DNA of 64,000 nucleotides, from positions 46,082-110,081 of the forward strand of contig CAZUDO010000058.1 in the NCBI GenBank assembly GCA_964618895.1, written 5' to 3'. Positions 59,801 through 64,000 of this stretch are shown here, one piece after another (the first letter of the stretch is position 1; the number at the start of each line of letters is the position of its first letter). The stretch is from an uncultured Candidatus Binatia bacterium (GTDB lineage: Bacteria; Desulfobacterota; Binatia; DP-6). The position numbers and the translations under genes were made by a program. Under the pieces are notes generated by a model. That model saw only the letters and a program-made list of their open reading frames with translations, was not told where the DNA came from and did not search any database.

Positions 59801-60043
59801 CGCGATCTCACAGGCGCTGCCTCCAGCGCGGCAGCACGCCTTGCAGTCGACGGAAAAAAGATGTGCACAGAAACTCTTGCCCGCATGCGCAGCCGACGCA
59901 CAGGCACGCTTCGCCTGCTTGCACCGGCTCTCGCACTCGTCGACCCTCGGCGTTGCCGTGGCACCGCCGGCGCAGGCGATCACGGCGAGCCCCAGCGCCA
60001 CTGCCAAGCGCCAGCGAAGGCTTCCTTCACGCGCGATACTCAT
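50879..60043 (-). CDS. Giant secreted repeat protein (3054 aa) with Myxococcus Cys-rich repeats, MopE-like CDGxDNDCDG motifs, Ig-like domains, thrombospondin type 3 calcium-binding repeats and a duplicated ~230-aa module
   Basis: True start MSIAREGSLRWRLAVALGLAVIACAGG (signal peptide) at 60043, with GGAGG 9 nt upstream. The ATG overlaps the upstream gene's TGA (ATGA). Dozens of DxDxDGxxDxxE repeats are present. The start was trimmed from the 3165-aa ORF. Confidence 0.8.
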   Translation of the reverse strand: MSIAREGSLRWRLAVALGLAVIACAGGATATPRVDECESRCKQAKRACASAAHAGKSFCAHLFSVDCKACCRAGGSACEIACGNHVVSPGEECDDGNSLSGDGCDANCTVTGCGNGIVTPPEACDDGDANSDAAPDRCRTNCTRPRCGDGVVDTGETCEPPGTAGCSDRCTSDCVPSPEVCDGQDNDCDGAADEELGTQTCGTGACTRTVAACVNGTPPACGPGTATTEVCDGQDNDCDGATDEELGTQTCGTGACTRSVAACVNGTPPACVPGTPTTEGCDGQDNDCDGATDEGLGTQTCGVGACTRTVPACANGTAQECVPGDPSSEVCDRIDNDCDGDIDELDDCQAPSIAIDAPAGGFLTRGDVVDVTGVVSATVTSVDVSGVTAVLAGGRFVASPVPLREGLNTLLALARTADGLTASASVTVIRDTAPPSVIIETPAEGGVVTASTVTVTGAVNDVVVGTVNAEDCRVVVSGRLGSANGVVRNRSFLVDAVALALGTNVLTAVATDTAGNVSAPFSVTITRRAPSPGLRLEIVAGDGQSGVVREPLAAPLAVRAVDAAGAPLSGRLLEFAVVRNDGVLRGVGATEEAQSLGVLTGADGRASVEWALGTRAGVGNNRVEVRSAGFDDPVTFTASAAGGPCEKLLAISGENQVGLAGSALARPFEVFAVDAGGNVCAGLPVTFRVDGGGGNLGGALVTTVATNDDGRVALTLVLGPDAGVNNNVVSATFDGIATQDPVFLASAVVPSPTGPARLLGVVLDTEERPIPHATVALAGTDPPIATFTGDDGTFVLQDVPPGAAHLFVGGSTTTRPGVWPPIELAVEILPGTDNTLGMPIFLPQLDEPNFQEVGGAENVVLRMAGVEGFGLEVLANSVSVPGAGLLAATSQVVTMGVTQVSSDQAPMPPSGGAAPPWVGTFQPPGIHFDPPARLIVPNSDGLPPGQIIELFSFDHDLGQYVSAGTATVQPDGATIVSDPGSGIAKSGWFFASPPPPPSMRVRGVVVGPGGSSGGVAGATVTARSRSVRVNSDGTFLIPNVPAAPGLFRARAVSFDAGLLAGVSGFFAAELGETIDVGTIELGDAPPAVESLATTVVPDTLTAEGQSAQITVVATLADGSMPDVTAGSTGTTYVSSNAAIATVGPDGLVTARTDSGAVIVSISNDGVFTSVRLVVNLGADRDGDGVPNDFEDLHRSCGLNSRLRDADRDPDADGLANGQEFLQGTDPCVPDTDGDTLLDGNEVTRGTNPTRADTDGDRLLDGEEVIPGADGFVTDPLDRDTDGGGLDDGVERDLGFDPTDPSDDRPSGDLDTDGDGITDADEVDIGTDPNDPDTDDDGLRDGFEVLTLTDPLDATDPCGRGLERDFDADGLGDCEEPPLGTDPSLFDTDGDDLCDGVERFLTGTDPLVADSDGDGLDDGDEFDEGTDPFRPDTDGDGVRDGAEDASGLNPLDPTDAAADADLDGLGNAEEVARGTDVFEPDSDGDTLRDGEEVHLAGTDPLIPDTDGAGRTDGQEVLVDSTDPRNPFSEATGYALPLSGLRDGSGAVWTVNANGSLGVGTSRLHSLLNLDTDSGLFSFGFFVGRTAVADFDVPGGSAGGAFPRELVIGPALGGDLRLVRKVFVPGNDRFVRVLEVIDNLADTETVATLEARSFFRVFGPSGALPIEIVTTSNGDALADAGDDFVVTHVASSPGGALLNPPVAHVFSGPFARLEPSSVRFASEFDPRRGRGFANLTTTFTVRIPPGGRIRLLQFASVSGTDAGAVANATRLAGLGGAALSFLSPEERASILNFVALDADGDGLSDAEEAARGTRSDDPDSDGDGLRDGFEVAWGFDPRSAADGGADPDGDGLDNLVEQTAGTNPTNADSDGDGIRDGAEVSGGTNPRSADTDADGLRDADEAARGTDPRDPDSDDDGLGDGDEIGRGTDPLRADTDGDGIPDGVEVRINLDPLDASDAGADPDDDGLVTRDELQRGTNPRQADTDLDALLDGEEVQLLGTDPRNRDTDRGGRSDGEEVLADGTNPLVATDDRRNAPVPIVLRDGLSFRWPVYFAGTIQETFFSGFNVSVSSDGQGGVSFSAIVPTSSGPGSPDGAFVGPNIQGALRFSRKIFVPRDDAFVRYLEILDNPTREPRAAFVSINSSEFPFPMPRVVVSTSSGDLTGDLADDFVVTDDGDVTGSPALAYVFSGPNARQEPGGVFANDFNRGSIGVSFQVTVPPGGRTILMHFGARRTARADAIATATRLSRLGGRALEGITPEEQAQIVNFFAFPDADADGLSDADEATRGTNPTSADTDADGLSDGYEVANGLDPRNPADGPADTDGDGLANPVEQATGTDPRNPDTDGDGLNDGAEVARGTDPRFADTDEDGLGDGTEVANGTDPQNPDTDADGLTDADEVARGSDPLDPDGDGDGVADGRDNCRTVRNPDQADADFDGGGDACQPTLAIRALVADGDSIDVDVALADPNADPLAGTVRIESQVSVALTRRNSFRDVLEAGRFVERPNGRRLLESSFTSSGQDFEFACGACDALENGFRPTFFRVCGDSNSQLAGRTVCVRSTVTGALFTLRFTSWAQGGGSDTAATYVRSSPTIGPVPFAGSILPGPLDISSLVDGADQDLIVAVDDGTSVPVSAHVPLRRQGEPLLRFVTFPDTDGDRLVDPVETATGTFADGFDTGTRPGSADSDGDGVGDGEEVLDLRSDPTDADSDGDGRSDGAEANVLRCLARLRAGNAVQADPFCAAAAAADPGNPEASLLAALTGLAVRVDAPLALDLLRASGGEGVGSAATLCGLSAVHDGAIPPDAPDTTEVLDAIRTSVPAADAALAHLARIPAGATIPFDPDNLPPCVRRSGLGPVEIDSGDVLVLRATLEAAAAAAHAVAAYDFGVDADDAIANRRTAQQVFLANPLLLTLRPGGTTELTLARIRLDEALAALVAAIDVVVAETDDQADDALVIPAADRAQVGRVRLGLQNLRTALTGQATFAARTFGLLRDQRLTLAPFFMGTMTTLRPLVPGFDALGRPDLQQLPDATFGGLAPDMTRCELGRLLTGRCNFLP
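59128..59510. repeat. Tandem 150-bp near-identical repeats encoding the 50-aa MopE-like units EVCDGQDNDCDGATDEELGTQTCGTGACTR…
   Basis: Units begin at 59128, 59278 and 59428 and are about 90% identical at the DNA level. Confidence 0.7.
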
Positions 60044-63000
60044 TCGGTATCCCCCTCCGGTTCGTGAGCCTTCTTGCCGACATTCGTCGCAGCCGCCGCC
60101 GACACGATACGACCCGGCGGGACGCCGATGTTCCGGAGCCGACGCACGGCGGCGGTGACGCAGCGGACATACTCGCCGTGCGTCCCGTAGCCGCGGCGCG
60201 CCGCCGCCGGGCAGGTCGGGCACAGGGCCTCGATCGCCACGACGGCGCGGGCCGGCACGTCGAGGTCGTTGGCCAGCGCGGATACGCAGGCGATCGTGCA
60301 CTGTCCCATCGAGCACGTACCGGGCACGCCGTCGCGCCCACAGGCCGTGCCGTCCGGCACGGGCGCGCTCTGGCATGCGTTCCCCCTGCAGCGGTCGAGC
60401 GTGCAGTCGTTTCCGTCATCGCAGTCCGCGTCGCGGCCACAGCAGTCCGACACCGGCTCGTGTCCGCAGCCCCGCTCGGCATCGCACCGATCGGTCGTAC
60501 ACACCTCGTCGTCGTCGCACGCCGCATCGACCGGCCGGTGTACGACAGCGTCGGCCACCTCGTCGCAGGCGTCCGTGGTGCACGGGACCCCGTCGTCGAC
60601 GACCGGCGGCGTCCCGGGGTGGCACGCCCCGGCGGTCACGTCGCAGGTCTCGGCGCCGGTGCAGAACAACCCGTCGTCGCAGTCCGCGTCGCGGCCACAG
60701 CAGTCCGGCACCGCCTCGTGTCCGCAGCCCCGCTTGGCATCGCACCGGTCGGTCGTGCACCCCTCCCCATCGTCGCACGCCGCATCGACCGGCCGGTGTA
60801 CGACGGCGTCGGCCGCCTCGTCGCAGGCATCCGCGGTGCACGGGACGCCGTCGTCGACGGGCGGGGGCGTGCCCCGGCGACACGTTCCCGATGCCACCTC
60901 GCACGTCTCGATGCCGGTGCAGAACCGGCCGTCATCGCAGTCGGCGTCACGCATGCAGCGGTCGCAGGCATCGCCGATCCCGTCGCCGTCGCTGTCCCGC
61001 TGTGACGGATCGGGGACCTCGGGGCAGTCGTCGACCGGATCCGGGATGCTGTCGGCGTCGCTGTCCGCGATCGCCACCACGACCGGCGCGAGCTCGCACG
61101 CCACGCCCGGCGGACAGTCGCCGTCGACGCCGCACACGCCCTGCGGCCGCTGGCAGACGCCTTCCTGGCAACGCGCACCGCTCGGGCACTCCGCGTCCGC
61201 GAGGCAGCTGGCGCCGATCTCGGTGCAGCGGCCGGCGCTGACGAACACCTGCGTCCCGGACTCCTCGTCCGGCGGCAGCGGGTCGAAAAGCGGATCGGTC
61301 TGGCTGCCGGCCGCGTCGCTCACCGTGCCGATGGTGCGGACCGTGCGCGACCGGACACTGAACACCTGCACGACCAAGTCGTCCTGGTCGTCGTCGTTGT
61401 TCAGGTCGGCGCCCTGCTCCGCCTCGCGCGTGAGGAAGCGGACGGTGTCGCGCTGGACCCGGTACGGCGTGCGCGGATCACACGCCTCCAGGCGGCAGGG
61501 TGTCAGGGCCTGACCGCTGTTCAGGAGGACGCCCTCCGCCACGTCGTAGACCTGGAGAACGTCGTCGGCGGTGTCTCCGTCGCCGTTGAGCTGGGTGCCT
61601 TCCTCTGCTTCGGGCGTCCGGAACGCCACCAGCGTCGGGCCGAGCACGAAGTCCCGTGCCGCAACCGAGGCCGCGTCCACCACCGTCGCGCTCGCCCCCG
61701 CGGCATCGAGGATGAACACCTGCAGGACGCGGTCGCCGAGGTCGCCGTCCGCGTTCAGCGGCGCGTTCTGGGCGGCCTCGTCTCCAATCGCCACCGCAAC
61801 CGAAACGACGACGCCGCCCGCGATCTCCATGTCTCTCACCGCCGCCACCTCCGCGGCGACACCCGTCTCCACCCACCGGCTACCGGGGCCCCGGCATGTG
61901 TCGGCGCCAGCCGGAATGCGCGGATGGACTTGGAGGACGCGGTCGTCGGCATCGCCATCGCCGTTCAGGTCGACTCCGTCCTCGTCCGTCTCCGGCACGA
62001 GCGCCGCCACCCACGTCGGCGACAGGGAGACCGCGCTCGCGGCACACCCGAGGTTCGCGACCCCGGCACCCTGCCAGAGATGGACCACCCGATCGGCGCT
62101 GTCGCCGTCGCCGTTCAGATCGGGACCCGAGGGGCATGCGGTTGCCACGCCCCCAGCCTCGGGCCGGAGGAAGGCGGCCGCACCGTCCGCGATCGCCACC
62201 GCGGTTGCCGGGCACAAGGAGACGGGCTGCGCCGGCGTGGTCGCCGTGTCGATCACCAGCAACACGTCGTCGTCCGCGTCGCCGTCGCCGGAGAGATCCC
62301 CGGACGCACCCAACGGGCCGCGCACGAACACGTCGGCGAGGCCGTTGGTGTCGCCCACCACCAGGTTCGCCGCCGGGCTCGCGAACGCGACCTGCCGGCC
62401 GCCGCGGGAGAGCGCGGGGTTGCCGCTCAGGTTCCCGGCGGCGTTGCCGGCGCCGTCGACGCTCATCCGGGCCGTGAGGCCGGTGTCCAGATCGTGCACG
62501 AAGACGTCGATGAAGCCATTCGTGTCTCCGGAGATCAGGTTGGTGGCGAAGCTGGCGAAGCCCACGACCCGGCCATCGGGGTCGATCGTCGCCGAGAACG
62601 CGTCCTCGTTCGCCTGGGTGCCGGTCGAGTCGACGCTCACGCGCCGCGTGATCCCGGTCGCCCGGTCGTGCACGAACACGTCGTTCGCGCCGTTGGTGTC
62701 GCCGGCCACGAGGTTGCTCGCGACGCTCTCGAAGACGACGACCCGGCCGGCGCCGGAGAGACGCGGCGAGAAGCTGTCCCCGTTGCCAGCGCTCACGCGC
62801 GTCATCCGTCCGGTGGCCCGGTCGTACACGAACACGTCGTCGGCGCCGTTGCCGTCACCGGCGACCAGATTGGTCGCGCTGCTACCGAAGGCAACCAAGC
62901 GTCCGTCGGCAGAGACGGAGGGGGTTTCGCTCGCGCCGTCGGCAGGGCCCTCGGTCGCAGCGATGGACACCCGCGTCGTCGCAACGCTGGCCGGCTCGTC

Positions 63001-63981
63001 GAAGACCCCGTTGCCGTCGGTGTCGCGGTCGTGGACGAAGATGCCCTGGAGATCGCCGCCGTCGGCCGCCACCAGGTCGGTCGCCAGGCTCGCAAACGCC
63101 ACCACCCGGCCGTCGGCCGAGATTGCGGGTGCGATCGAATGGCCGTTGGCCTCGGCGCCGCCCGGACCGACGCTCACGCGCACGGTCGCCTGCCCTCCGG
63201 GCCCGGGCTCGTCGAAGGTTCCGTCGCCGTCGGCGTCGCGGTCGTGGACGAAGACGTCGGAACGAACGTTCGCGTCGCCCGCGACGAGATCCGCCGACGC
63301 GCTCGCGAACGCGATCCACCGGCCGTCGGCCGACAGCGCAGGCGCCGCGCCGCCGCCGCTCGCCTCCGCGCCGTCCGACGCCACGCTGACGCGAACGGTC
63401 GCGACCGCACCCGGCTCGTCGAAGACGCCGTCGCCGTCAGGGTCGCGGTCCCGGATGAACACGTCGCCGACCCCGTTCGTGTCGCCGGCGACGAGGTTGC
63501 TCGCCGCGCTGACGAAGGCCACCGAGCGGCCATCGGCCGAGAGGGCGAGGTCCCCCGTGTTCTGCCCGCTCGAGCCGTTCCCCTGCGCCCCTGCGGTCGC
63601 GACGCTCACCCGCGCGGTCCCCTGGAGAGCACGCGCCGATTCCGAGCTGCGGAGAAACACCCGGCCGCTCGAGATGGCGAGGGCGCGCCCGGCGATGACC
63701 GGCGCCGCATCCGCCACCACCGGCGGCCCGGCGAGGAGCGACGCGGCGGTCGCACCCTCGGCGCGGAAAACGCGCAACAGCGTGTCGCGCACGTCGCCGT
63801 CCCCGTTCGCATCGGCCGCGAACTGCAGCGCCTCCGGCTCGAGGAACGCGAGCACCCTGTCCTCGGTGGCCTGCGCAGGGAATCCGAACGGTGGGTCGGC
63901 GATGCGGGCGACGGCGCGCCCCTCGGCGCCGCCCGCACCGATCCGCAGGAGCGTGCCCGTCGTCCGGTCGCGCAGCGTCAT
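60040..63981 (-). CDS. PD40/TolB-like beta-propeller repeat protein with C-terminal cysteine-rich repeats; the N-terminus may extend beyond the window
   Basis: At least nine tandem copies of SADGRxVAFxSxAxNLVxGDTNGxxDVFVHDR (PD40/WD40-like). Acidic DGDGD motifs follow, then two near-identical 87-aa Cys-rich repeats. No signal peptide is seen at the first in-window Met, so the true start is probably upstream of 64000. Confidence 0.65.
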   Translation of the reverse strand: MTLRDRTTGTLLRIGAGGAEGRAVARIADPPFGFPAQATEDRVLAFLEPEALQFAADANGDGDVRDTLLRVFRAEGATAASLLAGPPVVADAAPVIAGRALAISSGRVFLRSSESARALQGTARVSVATAGAQGNGSSGQNTGDLALSADGRSVAFVSAASNLVAGDTNGVGDVFIRDRDPDGDGVFDEPGAVATVRVSVASDGAEASGGGAAPALSADGRWIAFASASADLVAGDANVRSDVFVHDRDADGDGTFDEPGPGGQATVRVSVGPGGAEANGHSIAPAISADGRVVAFASLATDLVAADGGDLQGIFVHDRDTDGNGVFDEPASVATTRVSIAATEGPADGASETPSVSADGRLVAFGSSATNLVAGDGNGADDVFVYDRATGRMTRVSAGNGDSFSPRLSGAGRVVVFESVASNLVAGDTNGANDVFVHDRATGITRRVSVDSTGTQANEDAFSATIDPDGRVVGFASFATNLISGDTNGFIDVFVHDLDTGLTARMSVDGAGNAAGNLSGNPALSRGGRQVAFASPAANLVVGDTNGLADVFVRGPLGASGDLSGDGDADDDVLLVIDTATTPAQPVSLCPATAVAIADGAAAFLRPEAGGVATACPSGPDLNGDGDSADRVVHLWQGAGVANLGCAASAVSLSPTWVAALVPETDEDGVDLNGDGDADDRVLQVHPRIPAGADTCRGPGSRWVETGVAAEVAAVRDMEIAGGVVVSVAVAIGDEAAQNAPLNADGDLGDRVLQVFILDAAGASATVVDAASVAARDFVLGPTLVAFRTPEAEEGTQLNGDGDTADDVLQVYDVAEGVLLNSGQALTPCRLEACDPRTPYRVQRDTVRFLTREAEQGADLNNDDDQDDLVVQVFSVRSRTVRTIGTVSDAAGSQTDPLFDPLPPDEESGTQVFVSAGRCTEIGASCLADAECPSGARCQEGVCQRPQGVCGVDGDCPPGVACELAPVVVAIADSDADSIPDPVDDCPEVPDPSQRDSDGDGIGDACDRCMRDADCDDGRFCTGIETCEVASGTCRRGTPPPVDDGVPCTADACDEAADAVVHRPVDAACDDGEGCTTDRCDAKRGCGHEAVPDCCGRDADCDDGLFCTGAETCDVTAGACHPGTPPVVDDGVPCTTDACDEVADAVVHRPVDAACDDDEVCTTDRCDAERGCGHEPVSDCCGRDADCDDGNDCTLDRCRGNACQSAPVPDGTACGRDGVPGTCSMGQCTIACVSALANDLDVPARAVVAIEALCPTCPAAARRGYGTHGEYVRCVTAAVRRLRNIGVPPGRIVSAAAATNVGKKAHEPEGDTE
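60413..60960. repeat. Tandem ~261-bp repeats encoding 87-aa Cys-rich units inside the PD40 protein gene
   Basis: The unit starting at 60413 repeats at 60674 with over 90% identity. A partial third copy lies near 60930. Confidence 0.65.
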
Positions 63982-64000
63982 GACCAGATCCGTCTGATCC

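Noticed and set aside
50879-60376. 3165-aa ORF start at 60376
   Set aside because: The first 111 aa are Arg-rich and overlap the upstream gene. A signal peptide and a Shine-Dalgarno support the ATG at 60043.
1-64000. Search for tRNA or rRNA genes, CRISPR arrays, and IS or transposase or integrase genes
   Set aside because: Intergenic regions are short and contain no cloverleaf-like or repeat-spacer structure. No ORF has transposase or integrase motifs.

Overview
This is a high-GC (~70%) bacterial chromosomal window. Cysteine-rich repeats of the Myxococcus type (CGxGxxxxxEECD) suggest a Myxococcota-like organism; this is an inference. The window is gene-dense and mostly housekeeping. The first 10.5 kb is an atypical NADH:quinone oxidoreductase locus, nuoA-C-D-E-H-J-K-L-M-N, that lacks nuoB, nuoF, nuoG and nuoI. 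Downstream lie an AmgK/MurU-like cell-wall recycling pair, lipid metabolism genes, cysH, ftsB, a GcvH-like protein whose lipoyl-lysine is replaced by Arg, class II RNR nrdJ, thiI, an M23 peptidase, a large NAD-glutamate dehydrogenase, rlmD, thyX, a VapBC pair and rlmJ. Three accessory clusters stand out. (i) A minus-strand cluster of a 1128-aa secreted GHSLGG hydrolase, a MoxR ATPase, a small membrane protein, a VWA protein, a Rieske protein and a di-heme cytochrome c. (ii) A secreted cysteine-rich repeat protein with a PSCyt1-like segment. (iii) A translationally coupled minus-strand trio: a PD40 beta-propeller/cysteine-rich protein, a giant 3054-aa MopE-like/Ig-like/thrombospondin-type-3 repeat protein, and a small periplasmic protein. 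Two sub-60-aa genes missed by the ORF track were found by reading the DNA. One is an Flp pilin. The other is a 30-aa Lys/Ala-rich peptide with a near-consensus sigma70 promoter, a perfect Shine-Dalgarno (AGGAGG) and an intrinsic terminator. No rRNA, tRNA, CRISPR or transposase signatures were seen. Many long antisense ORFs in the track are high-GC artefacts.
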